Positions 1 through 11,300 of a stretch of 64,000 nt of DNA are shown here, in pieces. The notes beneath the pieces were generated by a model. That model had not been told where the DNA came from, made no database searches, and saw nothing but the letters and a program-made list of their open reading frames with translations. The translations under genes were made by a program, and so were the position numbers. Origin of the DNA: a virus (lineage: Duplodnaviria > Caudoviricetes); the IMG/VR virus record IMGVR_UViG_2565956830_000008, positions 1 to 64,000 of that record. One strand, 5' to 3'. How positions within the stretch are numbered: position 1 is the first letter of the stretch; each line of letters begins with the position of its first letter.

Positions 1-366
1 TCAGCGGTCGGGGTGCGCGACCTCGTAATGGTCGCTGAGCGCGTTCTCGATGCGCTGCCGCAGCGCCTCGGCCCGTGCATCGGCGTGCGCCGTCAGGGCC
101 GCACTCAGCGCTCCCGGGTCGGCGGGCAAGGTGATCGGCCCGAACGGTTCGAGGCCCGGCCGCTCGTCGTGGTGCCAGCCGCACCCGAGCGGGCACGGAT
201 ACCGGACCAGCCCGAAGGCAGGGAACTCCGGCATGGGAATGATGCTCGGCTCAGGCAAGGGTGCAGCCTCGGCCGCCCGCCGCGCGGCCTCGATCTCCGC
301 GAACACGTCGACGGGGTCGCGCGACAGCCGCGCCAGCACCTCGTTGAGGTTGGGGTCATCGCTCAT
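1..366 (-). CDS. Hypothetical protein (CPLGCGWH motif)
   Basis: ORF from ATG 366 (MSDDPN) downstream of the lysis cassette; no recognisable family. Confidence 0.55.
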   Translation of the reverse strand: MSDDPNLNEVLARLSRDPVDVFAEIEAARRAAEAAPLPEPSIIPMPEFPAFGLVRYPCPLGCGWHHDERPGLEPFGPITLPADPGALSAALTAHADARAEALRQRIENALSDHYEVAHPDR

Positions 367-432
367 GCTCGAAGCATGGCAGAGCACCCGCCCCGGAGCG
401 GTGGGGCGGGTGCTCAGTCTCGGACCCGGGCG

Positions 433-729
433 TCAGCGGATGAACAGCGCGGCTGCACCCGTTGCGGCGCCCGCAACGCCGGTCAGTGCGCCGACAACAC
501 CGAGCGGCCACCGCCGGGCCTTGAGCGCTTCGACCTCGGCCCCGAGCGCGTTGAGGGCCTTCTGCGTGTCGTCGCGGAGCCGTACGAGGTCCTGCTCGTT
601 ACGGGTGGACCGCTCGACGAGGACAGCCAGGCTGCCCTTGACCTCAGCGAACCCCGTAGCGACCGTGCCCCGCAACCGCTCCAGCTCGACCGCGACAGTC
701 GACCCCTCAGGCTCCGGCGGCGTACTCAT
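433..729 (-). CDS. Small coiled-coil protein with C-terminal TM helix (lysis accessory/holin-like)
   Basis: 98 aa; heptad-like core and hydrophobic C-terminus; ATGA overlap with the holin gene. Confidence 0.6.
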   Translation of the reverse strand: MSTPPEPEGSTVAVELERLRGTVATGFAEVKGSLAVLVERSTRNEQDLVRLRDDTQKALNALGAEVEALKARRWPLGVVGALTGVAGAATGAAALFIR

Positions 730-1019
730 GGGCGGCTCTGCCTCACCAGCTCGGCGACGTCGTCCGTCGCCTTGTACCGCGGCGGCCGGGCGTACCCGAG
801 CAGCGCGCCGACGGCGCCCTTGAGCCAGACCGGGCCGCCGAACTTCTCGGCCGTCCGCTCGACGAGCCGGAACACCAGGTAGTAGGCGCCCGCGACGGCG
901 AGCGTCACGGCCGCCTGCGCCGTGTTGCTGTCGAGCGTGAACCCGAGATGGGTGAGGGCGACGATGATCCAGCCGGCGACGAGCGGCACGACCGTACGGA
1001 GGATGGAAGGCAGCAGCAC
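726..1019 (-). CDS. Putative holin
   Basis: 97 aa with 2-3 TM segments; LRTVVPLVAG start typical of actinophage holins; directly follows the endolysin. Confidence 0.7.
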   Translation of the reverse strand: MLLPSILRTVVPLVAGWIIVALTHLGFTLDSNTAQAAVTLAVAGAYYLVFRLVERTAEKFGGPVWLKGAVGALLGYARPPRYKATDDVAELVRQSRP

Positions 1020-1020
1020 G

Positions 1021-2118
1021 TCAGGACTCCTTGAAGACGAGCGCCGTCAGGACGGCACTGGTGATGGTGACCGGCACGTTTGACTGGTTCAGCAGCCGCA
1101 CCCGCATGCCGCGGTCCTTGCCGAGCCGCTTCACGAGCGGCACGATCCGGAACGTCCCGCCCGGCGTGCCGACCACTTCGTCGATCGGATGGTCCTGGGC
1201 GAGCTCGTCGCCGAGGTACTCGGACATGCGGGCCTGGATGACGTCCCCGACCGGCAGGCTGTTGATCGTCAGGGACACGCTGCCCGCGAAGCGTGCGGCG
1301 CCGCGCACGAAGACGCTGCCGCCGTCGGCGTGACCGGCGGCCGTGTCGTTCCACTCGGTGGTGAACTCGATCGAGTCCCACTTCCCCGGCGCGAGCGTGT
1401 ACGGCTTCGCGAGCCCCAGGTTCACGTATTCGGGCACGTCGCTTCCTTCCTTGGGTGCCTCGTCGGTGCTGCCACCGGCCGCCCACGCCCGGAAGGCGGC
1501 TTCGGACATGTACGCGAGGTTCAGGTCCATGCGCGGGCCGCTACCTGCGGGGTCGCTGGTGAACTGCCAGATCAGCGGCTTGCGACCCGATGGGGACGGC
1601 GTCGGGCGGGCTTCTGCCTCGGCGTAGGTGTCGACGCTCGTGCCGGGATAGGCCGGGTACCACAGAGGGACGCCGTCGGGTGCCCTCCCCGCCGCGATGT
1701 CGTCGGCGCTCGTGTACACGCCGACCCGCTGACCGGGGAACGCCTTCTGAACGGCGGCGATCCACGCCGTGGCCCACGCCTTGATCTGCGCCGACGACCG
1801 GCCCGCATAGTTCCGGCCGTCGCTGTACCGCTCCAGGTCGAGCCAGTGCGTGAAGCCCTTCCCCGCGTACGGCTTGGCCGCGTCGACATAGTTCGCCGCT
1901 TCCTTCGCGACGTCCTGGTTCGGCCACGCGAAGTGATAGCCGCCCGGCACGAGACCGGCGGCCTTGATGCCCTTGATGTGCATCCCGAACCGTGCGTCGC
2001 GCGAGCGCTGCCCCTCGGACGCCTTGGCGAAGGCGAAGACGACCCCGGCCCGCTTGTGCGCGGCCCAGTCCTGCTCGCCCTGGTAGGTCGAGACGTCGAT
2101 ACCCCGGCAGGTCGCCAT
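1021..2118 (-). CDS. Endolysin, GH25 muramidase plus C-terminal domain
   Basis: GH25 motifs GIDVSTYQ, KASEG, GGYHF, WLDLE, WQFT, DLN. Confidence 0.92.
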   Translation of the reverse strand: MATCRGIDVSTYQGEQDWAAHKRAGVVFAFAKASEGQRSRDARFGMHIKGIKAAGLVPGGYHFAWPNQDVAKEAANYVDAAKPYAGKGFTHWLDLERYSDGRNYAGRSSAQIKAWATAWIAAVQKAFPGQRVGVYTSADDIAAGRAPDGVPLWYPAYPGTSVDTYAEAEARPTPSPSGRKPLIWQFTSDPAGSGPRMDLNLAYMSEAAFRAWAAGGSTDEAPKEGSDVPEYVNLGLAKPYTLAPGKWDSIEFTTEWNDTAAGHADGGSVFVRGAARFAGSVSLTINSLPVGDVIQARMSEYLGDELAQDHPIDEVVGTPGGTFRIVPLVKRLGKDRGMRVRLLNQSNVPVTITSAVLTALVFKES

Positions 2119-2119
2119 G

Positions 2120-2413
2120 TCAGCTCACCACCGGGTTCGCCGACGGCGTGTAGCCCGACAGGGTCGCGGCTACCGCCGGGTCGAAGTTCGCCGCGATCAG
2201 CGCGTCGTACGCGGCCTTCTTCTGCGCCGTCTCCGTCGCCTGGATGTCGGCGTACTCCTGCGCGCGCGTCGCCTCGATCGCCGCCTTCTTCTCGGCGTAG
2301 CTATCCGTCGTCAGAAGCGTCGCCCCGTCGGGGTGAGTCGGCACCGCCGCTGTCGTCACGCGCTCCGTGACCGAACCGTCCGGGTACTCGTAGTAAAACG
2401 TCTGCTCAGCCAT
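2120..2413 (-). CDS. Putative tail fibre chaperone/accessory protein
   Basis: 97 aa; paralog of 3226-3573 (YY.x.DG ... AVA..LSGY.P); follows a fibre-like gene. Confidence 0.55.
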   Translation of the reverse strand: MAEQTFYYEYPDGSVTERVTTAAVPTHPDGATLLTTDSYAEKKAAIEATRAQEYADIQATETAQKKAAYDALIAANFDPAVAATLSGYTPSANPVVS

Positions 2414-2426
2414 CGCCGGGCTCCCG

Positions 2427-3128
2427 TCAGTTGAAGCGGTTCGACCAGACGTACGCGCGAAGCGACTTCTGGATCCGGGTGATCGTCGCGCCGCCGCTGC
2501 CCCGGCCGGTCTCGATGCTCATCGTGATCGTGCGCGTCTCCCCCGGGTTGAGCGTGAACGCGGTGATCTTGTTGTCCTGGGAGTGGGTGTTGATGATCGT
2601 TCCGCTGCCCTGGTTGCCGAAGTAGTTCATGTCGTCGCCGTCGATACCGGCCATGGCGCCCGAGTTCGGCGGCAGCACGAAGTCCAGGTCGACCTCGCGG
2701 AAGAGGAGCCCCAGGCCTCGGCGGCACGGGTCCGGGTTCGTGACGTCGATCGAGATCGTGTCGATCGTCTGCTGTGCCGCAGTCGGCACCGGCATCGGCG
2801 TAGCCAGGGCCGTGTTCGCCTGGTCTCCCTGGAAGTCGGCCCAGTACGCCGGATCGGCTCGCAGTTCGCCCGTGGTCGGGTCGCAGTAGATGCCGCTGCC
2901 GTTGTCCGTGATGTCACACGTGAACGGCCATGCGGCCACCTTGGCGGCGAGCGGCGAGGTGGCCGAACCGGAGCCCGTCAGGCCGCAGCCGGTGACGACG
3001 TTCGCTGGCGGCGCCGTCGCGCTGACGACGTAGGGGTTGCTGGTGGAGCCCGCCCCCGTAACCGTGGTGTTGGCACCGGCGGTGACCACGCAGTTGCACT
3101 GCCCGCCGCCGCACTTGCACGAAGCCAT
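2427..3128 (-). CDS. Tail fibre/tail-tip protein, Cys-rich N-terminus
   Basis: 233 aa; paralog of 3570-4409 (TVTGxGSxxNPY, WPFTC, YCDPTTG, TNPDPCR); at the end of the tail module. Confidence 0.6.
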   Translation of the reverse strand: MASCKCGGGQCNCVVTAGANTTVTGAGSTSNPYVVSATAPPANVVTGCGLTGSGSATSPLAAKVAAWPFTCDITDNGSGIYCDPTTGELRADPAYWADFQGDQANTALATPMPVPTAAQQTIDTISIDVTNPDPCRRGLGLLFREVDLDFVLPPNSGAMAGIDGDDMNYFGNQGSGTIINTHSQDNKITAFTLNPGETRTITMSIETGRGSGGATITRIQKSLRAYVWSNRFN

Positions 3129-3188
3129 GCATCCCTCCGATGGAGTGGAATCCGGCTCGGCCCAAAACCAGCAGCGGCCCCCAGTTTA
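3129..3188 (-). promoter_or_regulatory. Late leader element copy 1
   Basis: TAAACT-N11-CTGGTTTTGGGCCG, then 29 nt to ATG; CTCC/GGAG pairing over the RBS. Confidence 0.75.
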
Positions 3189-3225
3189 GGGCCCGGCGAT
3201 CACCGCTCCGGGGCCCTGGCAACGT

Positions 3226-3573
3226 TCAGTCGAGGTCGATCACGCCGCCCGGATCGGGGACAGGGTCGGTCGGCGGTGCGTACCCGGACAGCCGCCGGGC
3301 GACGGCGTCCGGCAGGATCGCGGCGAGCGCGAGATAGACGGCCTGTACCTCGGCCTGCTCTGCCGCTTCCCGCGCGGCCCGCGCCGTCTCCCGCTCGGCC
3401 TGGATGACGCCGAGAGCCGCCTGATACTCCTCTGCGCTCAGCCCCACCGCGCCCTCGGGCTCGGGCATGCTCACGCTTCCGGTGATCGTCACCTCGCGGA
3501 GCCGCCCGTCGGAGAACTGGTAGTAGCGCGTCGTCTGGTCCGTCGTCTGGTCCACAGCAGCCGCCCCAATCAT
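3226..3573 (-). CDS. Putative tail fibre chaperone/accessory protein
   Basis: ATGA-coupled to the upstream fibre gene; paralog of 2120-2413. Confidence 0.55.
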   Translation of the reverse strand: MIGAAAVDQTTDQTTRYYQFSDGRLREVTITGSVSMPEPEGAVGLSAEEYQAALGVIQAERETARAAREAAEQAEVQAVYLALAAILPDAVARRLSGYAPPTDPVPDPGGVIDLD

Positions 3574-4409
3574 GTCTGCGGAATGGAGAACAGCCACACC
3601 CGGATCGTGGCCTGGATACGGTTGTACGTAGAGCCCCCGGCGCCCCGGCCCAGCGTGACGTTCAGGTTGATCGTCTGCGAGCCACCGGCCGGGATAACGG
3701 TGTTGTGGAACACCGTGTTCTGCGACTGCCAGGCCGTGATGCCTGAACTGCCGGTGTTCTTCATGTAGGTGAGGTCGTCGCCGTTGATGCCGGCCATGGC
3801 CGCGCCGCCGTTGGCTGGCAGGTCGAACCCCACGTCGAGGCTCCGCAGGACGATCCCGAACGCTTCCCGGCAGGGATCCGGATTGGTGATGGTGACGCTG
3901 TACGTCTCCACCGTCGTCTCGGTGGTCGGCACCGCTCGCGGACTGAACGTGTCGTTGGGAGCGACCTCGGCGAACGCGGACCGGAACGGCGGGTCGGTCT
4001 TCAACTGCCCGGTCGTCGGGTCGCAGTAGACGCCGCCGCCGTTCGCCGTGATGCTGCACGTGAACGGCCACGTCGCCCGGTTGACCCGCAAGGGCGCGCT
4101 CGCCGAGCCGTCACCGAGAAGACCACAGCCCGTCTGGACCGTCGCCGCGCCCGCGGGTACGAACAGCCCGTTCGCGTCAACGACCAGGTTGTTGCCGGGC
4201 GTCGAGGAGATGTCAGCGCCGATCACACCGGTCGACGGGTCGAAGTTGATACCAGGCCCGGCAGAGAGGCACCCCCGGACCTCGGCGCAGTTCGTGACCG
4301 CGTTCACCGTGTACGGGTTAATCGCACTGCCCGACCCTGTGACTGTCGTGTTCGTGCCCGCCTGCACAACGCAGTTGCAGTCACTGCCGCCGCACTGACA
4401 CCTGGCCAA
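3570..4409 (-). CDS. Tail fibre/tail-tip protein, Cys-rich N-terminus
   Basis: Likely TTG start (MARCQCGG) after GAGGTGG RBS; paralog of 2427-3128. Confidence 0.6.
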   Translation of the reverse strand: MARCQCGGSDCNCVVQAGTNTTVTGSGSAINPYTVNAVTNCAEVRGCLSAGPGINFDPSTGVIGADISSTPGNNLVVDANGLFVPAGAATVQTGCGLLGDGSASAPLRVNRATWPFTCSITANGGGVYCDPTTGQLKTDPPFRSAFAEVAPNDTFSPRAVPTTETTVETYSVTITNPDPCREAFGIVLRSLDVGFDLPANGGAAMAGINGDDLTYMKNTGSSGITAWQSQNTVFHNTVIPAGGSQTINLNVTLGRGAGGSTYNRIQATIRVWLFSIPQT

Positions 4410-4473
4410 GACGACCACCTCTCAGGGGTGCGTTCGTGGCCCGGCCCAGAACCAGCAGCTGCCGCTCAGTCTA
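4410..4473 (-). promoter_or_regulatory. Late leader element copy 2
   Basis: TAGACT-N12-CTGGTTCTGGGCCG, then 32 nt to TTG. Confidence 0.75.
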
Positions 4474-4495
4474 GGATGCGCCGGCCGACGTCCGG

Positions 4496-5215
4496 TCAGC
4501 CGTAGAGGTGCACGATCACGCGCCCGTCGCCGCCTTTGCCGCCGTCGACGGCGCCCCCGAACGAGACGGCGCCACCCGCGCCCCCGCCGAAGCCGCGCGG
4601 CCCGAGCCCGTTGCCCTGCGTGGTGCGGCCCAGGCCGCCCGTGCCGAGCTGGGCGTCGCCGCCGAAGCCCGCCATGGCGAAGCTGCCGTTCAGGCGGATC
4701 GCCGACCCGGAGGCGCCGCCGCCGATCGCGAAGTCACCCGTACCTCCGCTTGGTCCGGCGATACCCTGCGAGGTATTCGCGGTCGTCCCCGACCCCATGT
4801 TGTTGGTGCCGCCGCCCCCACCGTTCGCGATGACGAAGCTGCCGAACGACGACGGAGCACCGTCGCCGCCGTCCGTGGTCGACGTGCCCGCAGCGCCGCC
4901 CACACCGACCTTGATGGGCACCGACGCGCCAAGGTCGGCCACGTCGATCAGCGACTTCGAGTAGCCGCCCCCAGCGCCTCCAGGACGCGCGATCGCCTCG
5001 CCCGTGTCCGCGTTGGCGCCGGCCGACCCGCCGCCGGCCCCCTGCACTTCCACTTCCACGCGAGCCAGCCACGGATAGTTGGCCTTGGTGAACGTGTACG
5101 TGCCTGCCCCGAAGTAGAGGGTCTGCCGAAGACCCATCGTCCCTGGGATCAGGCACAGTTCACCGGTCGTCGGGTCGACGGTGAAGTAGTCCCCACACGC
5201 ACACGCTTTCGCCAC
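4496..5215 (-). CDS. Glycine-rich tail fibre/minor tail protein
   Basis: GTG start (MAKACACG); VEVQGAGGG...GGAGGGY...[11 protein letters not shown] glycine-rich domain typical of phage tails. Confidence 0.75.
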   Translation of the reverse strand: MAKACACGDYFTVDPTTGELCLIPGTMGLRQTLYFGAGTYTFTKANYPWLARVEVEVQGAGGGSAGANADTGEAIARPGGAGGGYSKSLIDVADLGASVPIKVGVGGAAGTSTTDGGDGAPSSFGSFVIANGGGGGTNNMGSGTTANTSQGIAGPSGGTGDFAIGGGASGSAIRLNGSFAMAGFGGDAQLGTGGLGRTTQGNGLGPRGFGGGAGGAVSFGGAVDGGKGGDGRVIVHLYG

Positions 5216-5276
5216 TGGAATGACCCCACATGCTCGGTTCCATGCCCGGCCCAAAACCAGCGGCGCAACGAGTCTA
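5216..5276 (-). promoter_or_regulatory. Late leader element copy 3
   Basis: TAGACT-N10-CTGGTTTTGGGCCG, then 31 nt to GTG; TGGAA/TTCCA stem abutting the start codon. Confidence 0.75.
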
Positions 5277-5286
5277 CGAGCGCCGA

Positions 5287-5919
5287 TCAGGCGAGCGTGC
5301 CCACGGCGAAGAGGTGCACCTTGACCCCGGCCGCAGCCGGTACCGCCGTCTGCCCACCCAGAAGCACGCCCGTCGACTGCCACACCCGCGCCACGGCCTG
5401 CGTCGTGGTCACAGCCTCTAGCGTCACGAACAGGCCCCGGCTGTCGCTCGGGTCGGGATCGACAGCGAGCGCGCTGATGACCGGAGGTTGCGTGAAGGCC
5501 TGCGAGAAGACCCACGTCGCCCGCCCGTCGGCCGCCGTGTTGACCACCTTCGCGGCCGGGGGAGCTCCGGGCGGTCCCGGAGGCCCCTGCGGGCCCGGCA
5601 CCGTGGAGTCCGCCCCGGGCGGTCCGGGCGGACCAGGCGGGCCCGGCATGGTCGAGGCGGCCCCTGGCGGACCGGGCGGACCAGGCGGACCAGGCACGGT
5701 CGAGGCGGCCCCCGGCGGTCCGGGTGGACCGGGCGGGCCCGGCACAGTCGAGGCCTCCCCGGGCGGCCCCGGCGGTCCCGGCTGGCCCTGTTCGCCACGC
5801 TGCCCCTGGTCACCCTGTCGGCCGCGCGGCCCCGGCTGCCTCGCCGTGCGCTGCGCCTCCCGCAACATGCCCGCGAGCGGGTTGTCCGGGATGAGTCTCG
5901 ACGGTGGTCGGTACGCCAT
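5287..5919 (-). CDS. Collagen-like minor tail protein
   Basis: ATG 5919 (MAYRPP); Gly-X-Y run with tandem ST(V/M)[12 protein letters not shown] units. Confidence 0.85.
   Translation of the reverse strand: MAYRPPSRLIPDNPLAGMLREAQRTARQPGPRGRQGDQGQRGEQGQPGPPGPPGEASTVPGPPGPPGPPGAASTVPGPPGPPGPPGAASTMPGPPGPPGPPGADSTVPGPQGPPGPPGAPPAAKVVNTAADGRATWVFSQAFTQPPVISALAVDPDPSDSRGLFVTLEAVTTTQAVARVWQSTGVLLGGQTAVPAAAGVKVHLFAVGTLA
5560..5790 (-). repeat. ~48-bp in-frame tandem repeat encoding collagen units
   Basis: About 4-5 copies of the 16-aa [16 protein letters not shown] unit. Confidence 0.8.
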
Positions 5920-5921
5920 GG

Positions 5922-6950
5922 CTAGTTGTCCTCCGAGCTGCTCACTGGGCCGAACTGCACCTTCACCGACTCGCCGTCGCCGTCCGCCGACACGCTCACG
6001 CCCGTGATCTTCATGCGCTGCGAGATGTTCCGGCACGTTGCGGTCGTCGCCACGTCCACGCACCAGCCCGGCACGAGGCGTGCGATGTCCACGCCCGTGT
6101 CTGGGGACAATGTGACCTCCGACGAGTCGATGTAGACCGGCACCGGCAGCGACGCGTTCAGCCGCGACTGGGCTGCCGCATCCGCGCTGACCTGGTCCTT
6201 GATGCTCGTGTCCTGGATGCTCCGCTCGATGAGCCCGTAGTAGGGGTGCACCCCGCCGGCCACGCCCACGATCCCCGAGCCGGTGTCGCCGTAGACGGCC
6301 CACTTCGTCGCCATGGCCGTGCCGTCCTCCTCGACGCTCAGACCGTCCGGAAGGTCGACATCAGTGATCAGGCCGACGCTGGCGCTCCAGTCGTCCGGCA
6401 TCAGCAGCAGCGTCTCCCCGACCGCGGTGAAGTCGAGGCCGGTCTCCGCCAGGTTGCGCAGGTAGTCACCCGTCTGCCCGATGTTCTCCTGGTAGTCGCG
6501 CGAGCCAATGACTCCCGACTGCGCGAGCACAGTCACGCTGTGGCCCGGATCGTCCGGGGCGAAGCCGTCCTCGATCAGCCACTGCGCGATGTCCGTCAGG
6601 TCGGTATTCGTGAACGTCGTGGACTCGTGAGGGGTCCGCCGGTTCAGCACCGAGACGATGTCGGCCGCTGAGATCTGGACCGTGCCCGCCCCCCACTTCG
6701 GTATGAGGATCTGGCCGCCCCAGACGTACGAGCCGTTGCGGTAGATGTGCACCCAGTGCCTCATGGCTCGCATGTCGCCGAGGACGCCGCAGCAGTCGAC
6801 GTCCGGCTCGATCGTCAGGCTCGCCGTGGAGGCGTCGTTCAGGACACGGCTCCAGTCGACCTTCGTGATGACCTGGGCCTGGGTGAGGATCGCCCCGCCC
6901 CGGTCCGCGATGTAGGCGGCGTACTCGGCCGCGCACCCGAGGCCGGCCAT
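5922..6950 (-). CDS. Minor tail protein (ReqiPepy6 Gp37-like/hub)
   Basis: ATG 6950 (MAGLGC); [10 protein letters not shown] and IYRNG..VWGG motifs; second gene after the tape measure. Confidence 0.7.
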   Translation of the reverse strand: MAGLGCAAEYAAYIADRGGAILTQAQVITKVDWSRVLNDASTASLTIEPDVDCCGVLGDMRAMRHWVHIYRNGSYVWGGQILIPKWGAGTVQISAADIVSVLNRRTPHESTTFTNTDLTDIAQWLIEDGFAPDDPGHSVTVLAQSGVIGSRDYQENIGQTGDYLRNLAETGLDFTAVGETLLLMPDDWSASVGLITDVDLPDGLSVEEDGTAMATKWAVYGDTGSGIVGVAGGVHPYYGLIERSIQDTSIKDQVSADAAAQSRLNASLPVPVYIDSSEVTLSPDTGVDIARLVPGWCVDVATTATCRNISQRMKITGVSVSADGDGESVKVQFGPVSSSEDN

Positions 6951-8290
6951 CAGAGAGCCCGCCCCGACACGGCGAAGGACAGCACAGCGTCCGAAGCGGG
7001 CGCCACGAAGGCATCCGTCTCCAGCAGCAGGCAGTATTCGGCGCAGTCCAGCACGGGCCACGACGGCGGCGCCCCGTCCCTACCGAACACTGTCGTCGCC
7101 GACGAGCAGTCGCCGCCGCAGTAGACCGCAGCCCGCCCTGTCTGCCCGTCCAGGACGAGTTCCGACCCGGCGGCCAGGTAGCTCAACGTCCACTGCGCGT
7201 ACGGCTCACAGCGCTTCCTCTCGGCGATCTCCTCGCACGTCAAGCCCGCGTCGGCGCTGGTCTTCTGGAACAGGCTGATCGTCAACCTCCGCAGGTCGCT
7301 GCTGCCCGCGTACACGCTGATGAGCGGCACATCGTCCATCCACCCCGGCCGGCCGGACAGGTCGATGGCGTACGCGGCCGAGTTCACCGCGAGCGACTCG
7401 CAGAAGCACGTCACCGGCGAGGAGGGAACCGGCGGCGCCACGCTGCCGCAGGCCGGATCGCCGCAGCCGTCCTGGCTGTCCTGGCACTGCTTGAGGCGAC
7501 AGTCGGTGCACTGCGGAATCCAGTCGGGAAGCCGCGGGTCGTGGATGCACCACTCAATGCACTCGTCATCGTCGTCGGTCGGCAGCGCGACACTCAGCAG
7601 CTCGACCCCGTCCGTGTACGCGAACGGGCTCGCCGCCGTCATCGTCCACTCCACGGTGATGACGTCCGCGCCGAGAGAGCACGTACCGCCCGAGCATGAG
7701 CCGTTGCCGTTGCGCGCGGTGACCTTCGGGCCGGACGTCAACGCCACCCGGCGGAACGTCCTGCGGTGCGCCCGGTTGAACTCGTCCCGGGTCATCGTCT
7801 CCCCCGGGCAGCACGCGTACATGTCCACGCAGTCCCCACCGCACTGCGACCCGGTGCAGCCCTGCAACGCCGCCTTGAGGAACTGAAGCCCGTACTCGAC
7901 GCCGCAGCACGTCGCACCGAGCAGGATCCCGGTGAACGTCATCTCCCGCGGTTGCACCCGGGCCGGACCGAGCGACCCGCCGCCCGTCACCGCGGTGCTC
8001 ACCGACCGCTCCACAGGGAAGTCGTCCACGCCGTCGACGCTCAGCAGCAGCACGCCGGCGAACTCGAGACTCTCCGGCGCATCCGGGTCGTACCACTCGG
8101 CCGGGGTCAACGGGTCGTCGGGCGTGGTGTACGGCTGCCCGTCGTCGTCCAGGACCGCCGAGGTGATTGTCTCGCAGCTACAGATCGCCGACCCGCTCGT
8201 GAGCGGCGAGCCGACTGTCTCCAGGTACGCGCGGAGGCGGGCGTGGTTGACCACCTCCACACCGCCCACACTCACGAAATCAGGGAGCAC
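6950..8290 (-). CDS. Distal tail (Dit-like) minor tail protein, Cys-rich
   Basis: 446 aa immediately after the tape measure; REMTFTG, VEWTMTAASPFAY, LVLDG motifs. Confidence 0.7.
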   Translation of the reverse strand: MLPDFVSVGGVEVVNHARLRAYLETVGSPLTSGSAICSCETITSAVLDDDGQPYTTPDDPLTPAEWYDPDAPESLEFAGVLLLSVDGVDDFPVERSVSTAVTGGGSLGPARVQPREMTFTGILLGATCCGVEYGLQFLKAALQGCTGSQCGGDCVDMYACCPGETMTRDEFNRAHRRTFRRVALTSGPKVTARNGNGSCSGGTCSLGADVITVEWTMTAASPFAYTDGVELLSVALPTDDDDECIEWCIHDPRLPDWIPQCTDCRLKQCQDSQDGCGDPACGSVAPPVPSSPVTCFCESLAVNSAAYAIDLSGRPGWMDDVPLISVYAGSSDLRRLTISLFQKTSADAGLTCEEIAERKRCEPYAQWTLSYLAAGSELVLDGQTGRAAVYCGGDCSSATTVFGRDGAPPSWPVLDCAEYCLLLETDAFVAPASDAVLSFAVSGRAL

Positions 8291-8303
8291 GAGAACACCT
8301 CTC

Positions 8304-11300
8304 TCAAGTCAGGTTCGCCACCGCGATGCGCCGCAGGATCACGCGGGCTGTCTGCTCCGGGTCGTTGGCCGCCTGCACGGTGATGTTGTTCGTGACCGAC
8401 GCGCCGATCGCGGTACGCGCCGCGCTGAACGCGCTGCCGCTGGGCTGCCCGGAGCCGGGGAGGACGAGGCCGGCGCCGCTGAGGTCGCCGAGGGACGGCT
8501 GAACCACCGGCCCGGACACCGTGCTGGCGAGGCTGGAGAGCGGCTGGCTGACCGCGTCCGTGAGACGGCGGGCCGACGACCTTGCCGCCTTCGCCAGGTC
8601 GGCCAGGCGGCCAAGGAAACCGTCGTGCAGTCCCAGGCCGGTGAGGTCGCCGATCTTCCGGAACACGGTCGAGGGCGAGTGGATCCCGAGCGCGGCACGG
8701 ATGCTCTTCTGCATGGCCTTGGCGATCGAGACCATGAGGTCTTCGATGTCCTTCTGCTGGCCCTTGAGGCCGGCGAGGAAGCCTTTGGATGCCTGCTTGC
8801 CCGCGTCGAACAGGTCGTCGGCCGCGCTCTTGCCGAGCGAGTTCGTCGCCGACACGAGCTGCTTCTGGAGGTCGTTGATCTCCTTCAAGCTGGCCGTCGA
8901 CTGGTTCGACAGGAACTCGGCGAGCTGGGCGCCCTGCTGCGGGCCGAGCGCGATGATCTGCGACAGCAAGTCCTTACGCAGGCCGCGCTTGGACAGGTCG
9001 TTGATCTGCTTCGTGAAGTCCTTCACCTGGGAGACGGCCTGGTCCAGGCCCTCGGTGATGTTGAACAGGCTCACGCCGCCCTGCGTGAGGTTCTGGAGGC
9101 TGAACGACTGGAGCGCCGACGCCGCGGTGTCGGTGGCGAACTTCTGCGCGTCGGCGATCTGCTTCGCGATGGCGTCCCGCTGGTTCGCGAGCGACGTCAG
9201 CTTCTTGTTGCCGTCCGAGACCAGCTTCAGCAGCGAGTCGTCCAGCTTGGTGTTCTTACCCTTGAAGGCGGCGATGATGGACTGGCTGAGCTTCTGCGCG
9301 GTCGCCTTGATCTGGTCGACCGAGCCAGTCATACCGATGATGAAGCCCTCGCCGACGCCCTTACCGATCGCGATGAAAACCTTCGACGGCGAGTTGATCT
9401 TCAGGACGCTTTTCGCGGACTTGATCGCCGATCCGACGACTTCCTTCGCGGCCGAAGCGATGGACCCGGCCATCGCCTTGACGCCGTTGATCATGCCTTG
9501 GATGAGGTTGCGGCCCACGGACACGAGTGCCGACGCGGCCCCCGACAGCGCGCCTTTGATCTTCCCCGGCAGGCCGGAGAAGAACGAGGTGAGCTGCGAG
9601 CCGGCCGACCTGGCGGCGCCGAGCATGGCCGAGCCCGCCGAGCGCAGCACCGACGCCGCCCGGCCCGGCAGGGACGCGAGGACCGACACCGCGCGGCCCG
9701 GCAGCTGCGAGAAGAACGAGACGACGGCCGAGATCCCCGTCGACACCGCCGACTTGCCCGCGTTCCACGCCGACGTGAACAAGCGGACCAGCAGCGACCC
9801 GAGCGAGGCGAGCGCGTTCACGATCAGCCCCGGCACGCGGGTGAACAGCAGGATGACCAGGCCGATTTCGACGCCGATGGCCGTGCCCACGGCCTGAAGC
9901 GCCAGATGGAAGAGGTTGCTCAGCAGCCCTGGCAGCGCCTGCAACGCTGTCAGGATCATCCCCGGAAGACCCTGGAAGAACGTGACAACTGCGGTGAAAG
10001 CGGTCGATATCAGGGAGCCGAGTGCCGACAGGCCCGCCACGATCAGCGACGGCAGATTCGTGATGAACGTGACGACCGACGTCAACGCGGTCAACAGGCC
10101 GGTCAGGATGCCGACGACTGCCTGAATGATCGGCACGACGATGTTGATCGCCGTCCACGACACGAACGCCGCAGCGATCTGGAGCACCGGCGCCAGCAGG
10201 TTCGTGATCGTCACCAGCAGCGGGGCCAGGGCGGCGACGAGCTGCGCGACCGGCGGCAGGATCGGAACGATCGCCTGCAAGATCGCCGCGAACGCTTCGA
10301 CGAGGGGCGGCAGGATCGGCAGCAGCGCGTTCGTGAGCGCGGTGATCAGCGGCACCAGGGCGACGACGACCTGAGCGATCACGTCCGCGACCTGCGTCAG
10401 GACCGGACCGAGGATCTGGAAGACCTGCGCGATCGCCTGCCCGATGCCAGTCGCGAGCGGCGTCAGGGCCGTGACGAGCTGAACGAAGGCGTCAGCCAGG
10501 GGCGGCAGGATCGGCATGAGCGCGCCGACGACAGCCTGAATGATCGGCTGGAAGGCCTGCGCCAGTGTCGACAGAACGGGGGCGAGCGCGGTCGCCAGGA
10601 TCGACACGAGCTGCCCGGCGAGCGGCAGCAGCGGGGCGAGCGCGGTGATGACCTGCGCTATCGCCTGCCCGAGCGGGCCGAGGCTGGGGCCGATCGACTC
10701 GAAGGCGTCGGACAGGGCGGCAGCGACGGTCTGAAGGCTCGGCGCGATCGCCGCCAGGGCGGGGCCGAGCGCGTTGATCAGGCCGGTGATCGCCGGGCCG
10801 AGGGTCGCGAAGACCGGGCCGAGGGCGGGCGCGATCTGCCCGATCTGCGTCACCAGCGCCGACAGGATCGGCCCCAGCTGCTGGGCGATCGTCCCGATCG
10901 TCGCGAAGATGTTCCCGACCGCCGACTGGCCGGAGGCGGTCTTCAGGAATGCCGCGACCTGCCCGGTGATCGTCTGGATGTTCGCGAGGAACCCGGCGCC
11001 GACGTTGCCGGCCGCCGAGAACACGCTGGACAGGATCGAGCCGACGTTCTGCGCGATCCCGCCGAGCTGTTGGAAGACCGTGAGCGCGTTCTGGATCCAC
11101 GTCAGCCCGCTGCCTGCCTTGGTGGCCCGTTCCAGGAACGCGGCGAGTTTGTTGGCGACGCCGTCGATCGCGCTACCCAGGCCGGTGAACCCAGGAAGGG
11201 TCGACCGGGTGAAGTTCGCGACGGCGGTCAGCAGCCGCTCGATGCTGTCGGACCTGATCCCGGCGATCTCGGTCTTCAGCCCGGCGAACACGCCCTGGAC

